NCBI GenBank assembly: GCA_965237805.1
Contig: OZ250153.1
Span: 800,001-864,000 of the forward strand
Direction of reading: 5' to 3'
DNA length: 64,000 nucleotides
Source: Gammaproteobacteria bacterium
GTDB lineage: Bacteria; Pseudomonadota; Gammaproteobacteria; JABABF01
Shown: piece by piece, positions 18,123-27,496 of the stretch
Numbering within the stretch: position 1 is the stretch's first letter
Layout of the letters: every line of letters begins with the position of its first letter
Notes under the pieces: generated by a model
The model's database searches: none
The model's input: the letters and a program-made list of their open reading frames with translations, nothing else
Told to the model about the DNA's origin: nothing
Made by a program: the position numbers and the translations under genes

Positions 18123-19148
18123 TTAATTATTGGCGTGCAACGCCTCGTTGAGGCGGATCGGCTTGGTATTGGGCAAACATTCGATGGCTCCGCTGAGCGA
18201 ATTGCGCCGGAATAGCAAATCATCTTCGCCCGACAACTCACGCGCTTTCAGCTGTCGCACGACACTCCCGTCGGCACCCAATGCCGTGACCACCGACCCC
18301 GCCGTCAGGTAGAGCCCCGCCTCCACGGTGCAGCGGTCCCCCAGCGAGATGCCGATGCCGGCGTTGGCACCGATCAGGCAATTGCGTCCAACCGAGAGCA
18401 ACTCTCCCCCACCCCACAATGTACCCATGATTGAGGCACCGCCACCGAGGTCAGAGTCGGCTTGCACGACCACCCCAGAGGAGATGCGCCCCTCCACCAA
18501 ATTGGGCCCCTCGGTGCCAGCGTTGAAATTGATAAAGCCCTCGTGCATCACCGTCGTGCCCTCGCCAATCCACGCACCGAGGCGCACACGGGCGCTGTCG
18601 GCAATGCGCACACCGGGCGGCACCACGTAGTCGCACATGCGCGGAAATTTGTCGACAGAATGCACCCGCAACAGGTTGCCGCCAAGCCGCTCGCGCAGGC
18701 GCTGCCCCGCTAACTCTGCCACGGCCACCGCACCGATATTGGTCCAGGCCACCGTCGGTAGCACGCCGAACAGCCCGTCCAGATTGAGCTCGTTCGGACG
18801 CGCCATGCGATACGAGAGCAGGTGTAGCATCAGATAGGCCTGCGGAACATCGACCGGCGGGCTGTCGGCTGCCAACACACTCAGCACGCATTCGTGCTCG
18901 GCATGATCCAGCTGCCCGGCGAGCGCGGCCACCTCGACGAGTCCTGCCGCCGTCAAAGCTGCGGCAAAAGGTGCCAAGGCATCGCTTGCCATCACTGTCA
19001 GCGGCGCACCGTTGTAGCCAAACAGCTCTTCAAGGGCGCGCCAGAGCTCGGGCGGTGCCTCGCACACCGGATGCGGGTAATAGATCTCCAACCAATGACC
19101 AGCGGCATCGCGGCTGCCGATGCCCAAACCAAAAGCGCACACGCTCAT
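18123..19148 (-). CDS. dapD: Tetrahydrodipicolinate N-succinyltransferase (Pseudomonas/actinobacterial type)
   Basis: VDKFPRM.DYVVP.GVRIAD..RVRLGA, GTTVMHEGFINFNAGT, C-terminal LN.ALHANN. Confidence 0.95.
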   Translation of the reverse strand: MSVCAFGLGIGSRDAAGHWLEIYYPHPVCEAPPELWRALEELFGYNGAPLTVMASDALAPFAAALTAAGLVEVAALAGQLDHAEHECVLSVLAADSPPVDVPQAYLMLHLLSYRMARPNELNLDGLFGVLPTVAWTNIGAVAVAELAGQRLRERLGGNLLRVHSVDKFPRMCDYVVPPGVRIADSARVRLGAWIGEGTTVMHEGFINFNAGTEGPNLVEGRISSGVVVQADSDLGGGASIMGTLWGGGELLSVGRNCLIGANAGIGISLGDRCTVEAGLYLTAGSVVTALGADGSVVRQLKARELSGEDDLLFRRNSLSGAIECLPNTKPIRLNEALHANN

Positions 19149-19157
19149 CGATGCAGC

Positions 19158-19811
19158 TCAGGCGCGGCGCGGCAGCTCCACACGCCGCCGACGCGGATAG
19201 CAGGCACGGCACAAGCCGCACACTGTGCCGTCGCAACCCCGCGCCGTGCAGTGCTCGCGTCCGTAGTAAATCATCTGTAAATGCAGTGTACACCAAGCGG
19301 ATTGAGGGAAAAGGCGCTTCAGACTCTGCTCGGTGCTGCGGACATTGCGACCGTCGCTGAGCCCCCAGCGATGCGCCAAGCGATGAATATGGGTGTCCAC
19401 CGGGAAAGCAGGGGTGTCGAAACACTGGCATTGCATCACGCTTGCGGTCTTGTGCCCCACCCCCGGCAGGCGCTCCAAATCCTCCAGTGCGCGTGGCACT
19501 GCGCCGCCGTGCCGCTCGACCAGCAGACGCGAGAGGGCGGCGATGGCCCGCGCTTTCTGTGGTGCCAGCCCGCAGCTGCGGATGTAGCGCTGGACCTCGG
19601 CCACCGGTAGCCGCATCATCTGCTCGGGTGTGCTGGCGCGCTCGAACAGGGCGGGCGTGACGAGGTTGACACGTGCGTCGGTACACTGAGCAGACAACAC
19701 CACCGCCACCAGCAAGCTATAAGGGTCGCTGTGATGTAGCGGGATCGGCTGCTCGGGGTACAGCTCGGCAAGCTGGCGGTGTACCAAAGCGGCGCGTTGA
19801 TGGCGGCGCAC
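19158..19811 (-). CDS. nth: Endonuclease III
   Basis: LSAQCTD..VN, HhH motif LPGVGHKTA, VDTH, C-terminal Cys cluster; start set at GTG 19811 to avoid overlap with map. Confidence 0.92.
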   Translation of the reverse strand: MRRHQRAALVHRQLAELYPEQPIPLHHSDPYSLLVAVVLSAQCTDARVNLVTPALFERASTPEQMMRLPVAEVQRYIRSCGLAPQKARAIAALSRLLVERHGGAVPRALEDLERLPGVGHKTASVMQCQCFDTPAFPVDTHIHRLAHRWGLSDGRNVRSTEQSLKRLFPQSAWCTLHLQMIYYGREHCTARGCDGTVCGLCRACYPRRRRVELPRRA

Positions 19812-19822
19812 AGGCGCGTCGC

Positions 19823-20626
19823 TCAGGCGGCTTGGAAAAAGGGCTCGTCGTGCCGTGCCGTCAGCACTTCGGCGCCATCGCGCGTCACTGCCAGCGTGTG
19901 CTCCCACTGTGCCGACAGACGGCCGTCCACCGTCTCTACCGTCCAGCCATCGCTGCGGTTCAGTTTGACCTGTTGCCGACCGAGATTGATCATCGGTTCG
20001 ATGGTGAAAGTCATCCCTTCCTCCAACACCATACCGGTGCCGGCACGACCGTAATGCAACACATGGGGCTCCTCATGGAAATTCTCGCCGATGCCGTGGC
20101 CGCAATACTCACGCACCACCGAATAGTGGTTATCGCTGGCATGGCGCTGGATCAGGTTGCCGAGATCGCCTAAGCGCACCCCGGCGCGCACCTGCTCAAT
20201 GGCACGGTAGAGGCATTCCTGCGTCACCCGCGACAGGCGTTGTGCGTGCGCTAGCACCTTGCCGACCATGAACATGCGGCTGGTGTCGCCGTAGTAGCCA
20301 TCTTTGATGACTGCCACATCCAAGTTGAGAATATCGCCGCTACGCAGCAGTTTCTTCTCGGACGGGATGCCGTGGCAGACCACTTGGTTGACCGAGGAGC
20401 AAATGGCGCGCGGGAAGCCGCGGTAACCGAGCGCGGCTGGCACGGCATCGTGCTCGACGATGTACTCGTGGCACCGGCGATCCAGCTCACCGGTGCTGAT
20501 GCCGGGACGCACATAGTCGACGATCATCTCAAGCACGGATGCCGCCAAGCGCCCGGCGATGCGCATTTGGGCCAGCTGAGCTGCTGTCTTTGGCTTGGGA
20601 GTGGAAAGCACAGAACTCACGCGCAT
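19823..20626 (-). CDS. map: Methionine aminopeptidase type I
   Basis: VCHGIP, GDTSRMF, GHGIG..FHEEP, TIEPMIN, SAQWEHT. Confidence 0.97.
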   Translation of the reverse strand: MRVSSVLSTPKPKTAAQLAQMRIAGRLAASVLEMIVDYVRPGISTGELDRRCHEYIVEHDAVPAALGYRGFPRAICSSVNQVVCHGIPSEKKLLRSGDILNLDVAVIKDGYYGDTSRMFMVGKVLAHAQRLSRVTQECLYRAIEQVRAGVRLGDLGNLIQRHASDNHYSVVREYCGHGIGENFHEEPHVLHYGRAGTGMVLEEGMTFTIEPMINLGRQQVKLNRSDGWTVETVDGRLSAQWEHTLAVTRDGAEVLTARHDEPFFQAA

Positions 20627-20652
20627 CGCACCATGGGCGGGGAATATGCTGA

Positions 20653-20697
20653 ATTATATACCTCGGTAGCGGCTGCAATCACGAGAAGTTGTATAAT
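20653..20697. promoter_or_regulatory. Divergent -10 boxes for map (minus) and rpsB (plus)
   Basis: TATAAT on minus at 20653-20658 and on plus at 20692-20697 in the divergent gap; no clear -35 elements. Confidence 0.45.
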
Positions 20698-20794
20698 GAG
20701 CGGCCAATCTCGATACGGACATTGCCAGCTTCTTGACGGCAGCCGGTACCGGGAATGCCAAAACCACTGCCCGCTGATAAAACACTGCATCGTC

Positions 20795-21538
20795 ATGAGT
20801 GAAGTCGAGGCACCAAATCTGCAAAGCCTACTCAAGGTAGGGGCTCATTTCGGGCACCGTACGCGCTATTGGAATCCGAAGATGGAACCGTACATCTTCG
20901 GTGCTTACAACAAAATCCATATCATTAACTTAGATCGCACCGTGGTCGCCCTGCGCGAGGCAATGGGCTTTGTGCGCACACTGGCCAAACACGGCAACAA
21001 GCTGCTGTTTGTCGGCACCAAACGTGCGACTAGCGATGTGATCAATGAACAGGCAACACGCTGCGGCATGCCCTATGTGGAGCGCCGTTGGCTCGGTGGC
21101 ATGCTGACCAACCACAAAACCCTGCGCAGTTCGATCAAGCGTCTGCTGGATCTGGAGGAGCAGCACCGGGACGGCTCCTTCCAAAACCTGAAGAAGAAGG
21201 AAGTGGTGAGGTTGATGCGACAGATCGACAAATTGAACCGCAATCTCGGCGGCCTCAAGGAGATGTCCAGCTTGCCCGACGCACTGTTTGTCATCGATGT
21301 GGATCACGAGGGAATCGCCGTATTGGAGGCTGCACGACTCCGCATCCCAATCATCGGCATTGTCGACACCAACTCCGACCCCAGCAAAATCGACTACCCC
21401 ATTCCCGCCAACGACGATTCCATCCGCGCGATACGCCTCTATGCCTCGGCGATAGCCGACGCTTACATCGCTGGTCGCAAAGCGGCAGAAGCAGTCCATG
21501 CGGGCGAATTCCAAGAAGTGACGACCAGCAACAGCTGA
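20795..21538 (+). CDS. rpsB: 30S ribosomal protein S2
   Basis: [33 protein letters not shown]. Confidence 0.98.
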   Translation: MSEVEAPNLQSLLKVGAHFGHRTRYWNPKMEPYIFGAYNKIHIINLDRTVVALREAMGFVRTLAKHGNKLLFVGTKRATSDVINEQATRCGMPYVERRWLGGMLTNHKTLRSSIKRLLDLEEQHRDGSFQNLKKKEVVRLMRQIDKLNRNLGGLKEMSSLPDALFVIDVDHEGIAVLEAARLRIPIIGIVDTNSDPSKIDYPIPANDDSIRAIRLYASAIADAYIAGRKAAEAVHAGEFQEVTTSNS

Positions 21539-21578
21539 GCGCTGTGGTCACAACCAACACAGGACGAAAACGCAGGAC

Positions 21579-22430
21579 ATGAGCGCTATCGCAGCCTCGC
21601 TGGTCAAGGAATTGCGCGAACGCACTGGCATTGGCATGATGTCCTGCAAACAGGCGCTACTGGCCTGTGATGGCGACCTCGATGCCGCCATCGCCCATCT
21701 GCGCCGCAACAGCGGCCTGAAGGCCGATAGTCGCGCCGGTCGCTCGGCACTCGAGGGGGTGATCGCCGCCGCGGTCACGATCGATGGGAGCAGGGCCTAT
21801 CTACTGGAAGTCAATTGCGAGACCGATTTCGTCGCTCGCGACGTAGGGTTCCTGCGCTTCGTCGCACAGACACTGGCCTCTGCAGAGCAGCACCCAGACA
21901 TCGCATCCCTCAGGGCGGCGGTGGAGGATGCGCGCCACGCGCTGGTCCAGAAGACTGGCGAGAATGTCCAGCTGCGACGACTGGCATATCACCACAGCGA
22001 CGGTGGGCATGTCCACCACTATGTGCACAGCAACCGCCGCATCGGCGCACTGGTCGAATTGCACGGCGACGGTGCCGCTGACAGTGTGCTTGGACGCGAT
22101 GTCGCCATGCATATGGCGGCGATGAACCCCGCCGTGGTACGGCCTGAGGACATGCCAACCGCCGTGGTCGACAGGGAACGCAAACTGTACCAAGCACAAG
22201 CCAAGGACAGCGGCAAAACACCGGAGATCGCCGAGAAGATGGCGCAGGGCCGGATGAAAAAATTCCTTGCTGCCAACAGCTTAGTAGAGCAAGCCTTCGT
22301 GCGCGACCCCAGCGTCACTGTCGGCCAGTTGACTCAGCGCGCCAACGCCGAGCTGCGGGCAGCGATACGCTTCGAGGTGGGTGCAGAGATGGCAGCACAG
22401 GCCGGGGCAGCTCCGGCTCCAGTGCACTAG
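21579..22430 (+). CDS. tsf: Elongation factor Ts
   Basis: VKELRERTG.GMM.CK.AL, EVNCETDFVA. Confidence 0.97.
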   Translation: MSAIAASLVKELRERTGIGMMSCKQALLACDGDLDAAIAHLRRNSGLKADSRAGRSALEGVIAAAVTIDGSRAYLLEVNCETDFVARDVGFLRFVAQTLASAEQHPDIASLRAAVEDARHALVQKTGENVQLRRLAYHHSDGGHVHHYVHSNRRIGALVELHGDGAADSVLGRDVAMHMAAMNPAVVRPEDMPTAVVDRERKLYQAQAKDSGKTPEIAEKMAQGRMKKFLAANSLVEQAFVRDPSVTVGQLTQRANAELRAAIRFEVGAEMAAQAGAAPAPVH

Positions 22431-22456
22431 TGCGGCGCGACGGGCAGGCGACGGGC

Positions 22457-23032
22457 ATGGCAAGCGGCAACGCGAGCATTGAAAGCATCAGCCGCGATGC
22501 GGCGCAACGCATGGATAAAAGCCTGCAAACGCTACACGGGAATTTCAAGAAGATCCGTACCGGGCGCCCGCACCCCGATCTACTAGATACCGTACATGTC
22601 GACTACTACGGCACGCCGACCCCGCTGACCAAAGTGGCCAGCATCACCGTCGAAGAGGGGCGTTGCCTCGTCGTGGCACCTTGGGAGAAATCCTTGTTGC
22701 CCGACATCGAAAAAGCGATCATGTTGGCCGACTTGGGGCTCAACCCGAACATTGCCAACGGCGTGGCGCGCATCGTCATGCCACCGTTGACCGAGGAGAC
22801 CCGCCGCGATTACACGCGCCAAGCGCGGCAAGTGGCAGAGGCCTCCAAGGTAGCGGCGCGCAACATCCGGCGCGAGGCGAACAACGCGCTCAAAGTGCTG
22901 GTTAAAGCGCATGAGGTAGGCGAGGACGACGAACGCCGTGCAGAACACCAAGTGCAGCAGCTGACCGACCGCCACATCGGCGAAGTGGACAAGGTGCTGG
23001 CAACCAAGGAACAAGAGTTAATGGCGCACTGA
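22457..23032 (+). CDS. frr: Ribosome recycling factor
   Basis: IRTGR, VDYYG..TPL, LGLNP, PPLTEETR; start could be 22430 or 22457. Confidence 0.96.
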   Translation: MASGNASIESISRDAAQRMDKSLQTLHGNFKKIRTGRPHPDLLDTVHVDYYGTPTPLTKVASITVEEGRCLVVAPWEKSLLPDIEKAIMLADLGLNPNIANGVARIVMPPLTEETRRDYTRQARQVAEASKVAARNIRREANNALKVLVKAHEVGEDDERRAEHQVQQLTDRHIGEVDKVLATKEQELMAH

Positions 23033-23099
23033 CAGCCAATCGCCGGGTGCCTGGGCATCGACTCTGATCCGGCTGGCCGGGGTGCCGAGCGAGGCAGGC

Positions 23100-23879
23100 A
23101 TGACTTCAACAGCGGCTCGTGCAATGGCCCGCTCCCAAGAACCCAAGGTACCCGCAGCAACTCCCCTGCCCCGCCATATCGCTTTCATCATGGATGGCAA
23201 CAAGCGCTGGGCCGAGCGCCGCGGGCTCGATGTGCAACAAGGCCATCGCGCTGGTGTCAAGGCGACCTTGCAGCTACTGAGCGACATCGGCAAACGCGAC
23301 CACATCGAAGCTGTCACTCTATTCGCTTTCAGCAACGAGAACTGGTTGCGCCCGGCGCAAGAAATAGAGGGGCTGATGGGACTGCTGTACGAGCAACTGG
23401 CAGATCGGGAAGTACAAAAACTGCACGCTGAGGGAGTGCAGCTGCGGTTTATCGGCGCACGTGCGCAATTCAGCGCCGAGATGCGCCACCGTATGGAGGC
23501 AGCCGAGCGCCTCACCACCGACAACCACCGTGTTATCACGGTGGCCTTGGGCTACAGCGGCCAGTGGGACATCGTGCAGGCGGCGCGCAATTTGGCTCAG
23601 CGAGTGGCCGCGGGCGAGCTGCGCGCCGAGCAGATCGACGAGGAGCTGTTCGCCAGCCAACTGTGCTTGGCCGGCTTGCCGCCGCCGGATCTGTGCGTGC
23701 GCACCAGTGGCGAGCAGCGGCTGAGCAATTTCGCGCTGTGGCAATGCGCCTATACCGAACTGTGCTTCTGTGAGCTGCCATGGCCAGATTTCGACATCCA
23801 CGCACTGGATCGGGTACTCGCCGAATATCAGACTCGCCAACGCCGCTTCGGGGAACGACCCGAGCACAGCAGCTCATGA
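23100..23879 (+). CDS. uppS: Undecaprenyl diphosphate synthase
   Basis: HIAFIMDGN.RWA, AFS.ENW.RP, RTSGEQRLSNF.LWQ. Confidence 0.96.
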   Translation: MTSTAARAMARSQEPKVPAATPLPRHIAFIMDGNKRWAERRGLDVQQGHRAGVKATLQLLSDIGKRDHIEAVTLFAFSNENWLRPAQEIEGLMGLLYEQLADREVQKLHAEGVQLRFIGARAQFSAEMRHRMEAAERLTTDNHRVITVALGYSGQWDIVQAARNLAQRVAAGELRAEQIDEELFASQLCLAGLPPPDLCVRTSGEQRLSNFALWQCAYTELCFCELPWPDFDIHALDRVLAEYQTRQRRFGERPEHSSS

Positions 23880-24050
23880 CAGCAGCACACAGAGGCATGT
23901 CCCTGCCCGACGTGGCGTGGCCAGCACCCAATCGCCACTATAATCTAGCACTTGGCACTGCCAACTGTACGCGACCAGACGATGGCGGCATGGCTCAAAC
24001 GCCAAGCAGCGCTGGCCAGACATGTTGATCCCCCCACCCAAGGACGCGCA

Positions 24051-24866
24051 ATGAAGCAGCGATTCATCACTGGCGGGGCACTCTTGGTCGCGGTCATCAG
24101 TGCCGTCTGGCAGCTGCCCGAGGGGCTGTTCTCCTTGCTGGTAGCCGCCGTGCTCGCCATCGCCGCTTGGGAATGGATGCCGCTGGCTGGCTACCCCCAC
24201 ACTGCCCAACGCATGGTCGGCGCAGTGGTGACACTGAGTGTCTTGACCGTGCTGGCCTGGGGGCCATGGGGACAAACACTGGCACCGGCGATACTGGCCG
24301 CTGGTGCTGTCTGGTGGTCGCTGGCTCTGGTGCTGGTGGTGACTTGGCCGCGCAGCCAATCGCTATGGGAGCCGCGTTGGGTGCGACTCATCGCCGGTGG
24401 TGCCGTCCTGCTCCCCAGCGGAGTTGCCCTCGTCACCCTGCGCCAATCAACCGATGGACAACTGCTGGTGCTGGTGCTGCTCGCGGTAGTGATGCTGGTC
24501 GACACTGGCGGCTACTTGATCGGCAGAGCCAGCCGCCGCCCGCGCCCACTGGCCCCGGCAGTGAGCCCAGGCAAGACATGGACCGGCTTTGTCGGAGGGG
24601 TCGGCACAGCTGCCATGGCACCGCTTGCGATCTCGACACAGTGCGGCAAAGCCTTGGCCTGTAGCCCGCCATCGTTGTTCGCCGCCTCTATCGTGGCGAT
24701 TTTGGCGGCAGTGGTCGGCGACCTGCTGGAGAGCGTCGCCAAGCGGCATGTAGGCGTCAAGGATTCGGGACGACTGCTACCTGGACACGGCGGCCTACTC
24801 GACCGCATCGATGGCCTACTCGCGGCGGCACCCCTGTTCGCGCTGATATGGCTCTGGGGTCACTGA
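24051..24866 (+). CDS. cdsA: Phosphatidate cytidylyltransferase
   Basis: Multiple TM segments, SPGKTW.G, GDLLES..KR..GVKDSG.LLPGHGGLLDRID. Confidence 0.95.
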   Translation: MKQRFITGGALLVAVISAVWQLPEGLFSLLVAAVLAIAAWEWMPLAGYPHTAQRMVGAVVTLSVLTVLAWGPWGQTLAPAILAAGAVWWSLALVLVVTWPRSQSLWEPRWVRLIAGGAVLLPSGVALVTLRQSTDGQLLVLVLLAVVMLVDTGGYLIGRASRRPRPLAPAVSPGKTWTGFVGGVGTAAMAPLAISTQCGKALACSPPSLFAASIVAILAAVVGDLLESVAKRHVGVKDSGRLLPGHGGLLDRIDGLLAAAPLFALIWLWGH

Positions 24867-26074
24867 TGACAAAAGCGTGCAGACCCTTGGTCGTCTTGGG
24901 AGCCACCGGATCGGTGGGCGGAACCCTGTTGCGCATGGTGGCAGAGCAGCCGGAACGCCACCCCGTGTTGGGTTTGGCTGGACACCGCCGGGTGGCAGAG
25001 ATGCATGCTCTGTGCCACCGACACCACCCGCGCTATGCGGCACTGGCGGATCGGGGGGCGGCACGGCGGTTGCGGCGTGCGCTGAGAGCTGATGGCCTCG
25101 ACATCGAAGTGCTGGAAGGTCCGGAGGGTCTGTGCCACTTGGCCGCCCACGAGGAAGCCAGCACGGTACTCGCCGCCATTGTCGGCATGGCTGGCCTCGA
25201 ACCGAGCTTGGCTGCGGCACGCGCTGGCAAGCGCATACTGCTTGCCAACAAAGAAGCGCTGGTCGCCGCTGGCTCACTGTTCATGCAGGCAGTGGCCGAG
25301 GGCAACGCCGAATTGTTACCAGTAGACAGTGAACACAACGCGATCCTGCAGTGCCTGCCAAGCGGCACCGAGACCGGGCGCTCCCCCGCCAGCGTGCGCC
25401 GGCTGTTGCTGACCGCTTCCGGCGGACCGCTGTTGCGGTTGCCGCTGGCGGCACTCGACCAAGTGACGCCGGAGCGCGCCTGCGACCACCCGAACTGGCG
25501 TATGGGACGCAAGATCTCAGTAGATTCCGCCACCATGATGAATAAGGGCTTGGAATTGATTGAGGCGTGCTGGTTGTTCGGCATGCCGGAGTGGCAAGTG
25601 GAGGTTGTCGTGCATCCCCAGAGCGTTGTCCATTCGATGGTGGAATATATCGACGGCTCGGTGCTGGCACAGCTGGCCTGCCCCGACATGCGTGTGCCGC
25701 TGGCCACCGCCCTCGACTGGCCACAACGCCAAGCAAGCGGTGCCCCTTTCTTGGAACTGTCTGCGATCGGCTCGCTGGACTTCGAGCCGCCGCAACCAGA
25801 ACGTTTCCCCTGTCTCGAATTGGCACGGTCAGCGGCGCGCAATGGCGGCGGCGCAGCGGCAGCACTCAATGCGGCCAACGAAGTCGCGGTGGCGGCTTTT
25901 CTCGCTGGCGACATCGCTTTCACCCGCATCGCCGCAATCGCCGAAGCCGGCCTCGGTGCGGCGTCTAGCGAAGCGCCCAGCTCGCTACCCGCGCTGTTGG
26001 AGATCGATCATCGGGCGCGGGAACACGCCCGACGAGAACTGGCCACCAGCACAGTCCACGCCACGGCCGTCTAG
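24866..26074 (+). CDS. dxr: 1-deoxy-D-xylulose-5-phosphate reductoisomerase
   Basis: LGATGSVG, LANKE, PVDSEH, HPNWRMGRKISVDSATMMNKGLE. Confidence 0.97.
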   Translation: MTKACRPLVVLGATGSVGGTLLRMVAEQPERHPVLGLAGHRRVAEMHALCHRHHPRYAALADRGAARRLRRALRADGLDIEVLEGPEGLCHLAAHEEASTVLAAIVGMAGLEPSLAAARAGKRILLANKEALVAAGSLFMQAVAEGNAELLPVDSEHNAILQCLPSGTETGRSPASVRRLLLTASGGPLLRLPLAALDQVTPERACDHPNWRMGRKISVDSATMMNKGLELIEACWLFGMPEWQVEVVVHPQSVVHSMVEYIDGSVLAQLACPDMRVPLATALDWPQRQASGAPFLELSAIGSLDFEPPQPERFPCLELARSAARNGGGAAAALNAANEVAVAAFLAGDIAFTRIAAIAEAGLGAASSEAPSSLPALLEIDHRAREHARRELATSTVHATAV

Positions 26075-26107
26075 CCCTCCAAGCCACCAGCCACCACCAC
26101 AGACAAC

Positions 26108-27496
26108 ATGGAAAAATTACAGGTTGCACTGATCGGAATCCTGACACTCGGGCTCCTGATCACCGTGCATGAATTCGGGCACTTCTGGGTGGCTAGGCGC
26201 TGCGGCGTCCGGGTGCTACGCTTTTCCATCGGTTTCGGCAAGCCATTGCTGACATGGCGCGACCGGGACAACACCGAGTACGCGCTGTGTCCAATACCCC
26301 TAGGTGGCTATGTGCGCATGCTGGGGGAACAGAGCTTGGGGGACGGGGTCGACCCCTTGGAACGTGGGATCAGTGAGGAGGAGCGCCACCTGCGGGCTTT
26401 TGACCGCAAACCCTTGTCAGCCCGAGTAGCCATCGTCGCCGCTGGCCCGGCGATCAATCTGCTACTGGCAGTGCTGATCTACTGGGTGCTCGGCCTCATC
26501 GGGGTGACTCATATCATCCCCCGCATCGGCACCGTGCTGCCGAACACGCCAGCCTCTGAAGCCAGCTTGGAGCCGGGGCAGGAAATCGTCGAGATCGATG
26601 GGGTGCCGACCAAAAATTGGCAGGAGATCGCACTGCGCCTCTTCAAGCGCATCGGTGACACCGGCGAGCTGCGACTTGGCCTACGCTACCAAGGCGACGA
26701 TGCCATCTATTTTTCGAGAGCTTATATCGAGCGGTGGCTGCGGGCAGAGGAATCGCAGAGGAATCCAGTGCGGGCGCTGGGCATTGAGCCGTACCTGCCT
26801 CCCCAACGCGCACTGATCGGCTCGGTGGTATCCGGTAGTCCGGCAGCGCATTCCACGCTACGCTCCGGGGACGAGATCATCGCCGCCGCTGGCGAGCGTA
26901 TCCCTGATTGGGATGCATGGCGAGAGCTCGTGCGCCAGAAAGCGGGGCAAACTTTCATGCTGGCGGTGTTGCGCGACGGCAGGATGTTGCAGCTCGCGAT
27001 CACACCAGAGGCATTCGATGGCGGCGAAGGCATCGAATACGGCCGTGTCGGCACCATACTCGCCACCCAAGAACTGCCCCCGGGCTCCATGCGCACCATT
27101 CGCTACTCGCCGCTGTCGGCTGCGGCGATGGCCGTGCGCCGCACTTGGGACCTATCGGTGTTCTCTCTGGTAGCGCTGGGCAAGATGGTGTCTGGCACCA
27201 TGTCGAGCAAACAGCTCAGCGGCCCAGTCACCATCGCCCGCATGGCTGGCCAAGCGATCGATGAAGGCTGGCGCCCATTTTTGGAGTTGCTGGCTTTGTT
27301 CAGCCTGAGTTTGGGCATACTGAACCTATTGCCCATCCCCGTGCTGGATGGTGGGCACTTGATGTACATGATGTTCGAATATATGCGGGGCACACCGCTA
27401 CCGGTGTTTGTGCAGGAAGCCGGGCAACGCATCGGCATCGCACTGATATTGGGCGTGATGTTGCTGGCTCTATACAATGATTTCCTGCGTCTATAG
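26108..27496 (+). CDS. rseP: RIP metalloprotease RseP
   Basis: HEFGH, PLGGYV, two PDZ-like segments, NLLPIPVLDGGH. Confidence 0.96.
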   Translation: MEKLQVALIGILTLGLLITVHEFGHFWVARRCGVRVLRFSIGFGKPLLTWRDRDNTEYALCPIPLGGYVRMLGEQSLGDGVDPLERGISEEERHLRAFDRKPLSARVAIVAAGPAINLLLAVLIYWVLGLIGVTHIIPRIGTVLPNTPASEASLEPGQEIVEIDGVPTKNWQEIALRLFKRIGDTGELRLGLRYQGDDAIYFSRAYIERWLRAEESQRNPVRALGIEPYLPPQRALIGSVVSGSPAAHSTLRSGDEIIAAAGERIPDWDAWRELVRQKAGQTFMLAVLRDGRMLQLAITPEAFDGGEGIEYGRVGTILATQELPPGSMRTIRYSPLSAAAMAVRRTWDLSVFSLVALGKMVSGTMSSKQLSGPVTIARMAGQAIDEGWRPFLELLALFSLSLGILNLLPIPVLDGGHLMYMMFEYMRGTPLPVFVQEAGQRIGIALILGVMLLALYNDFLRL

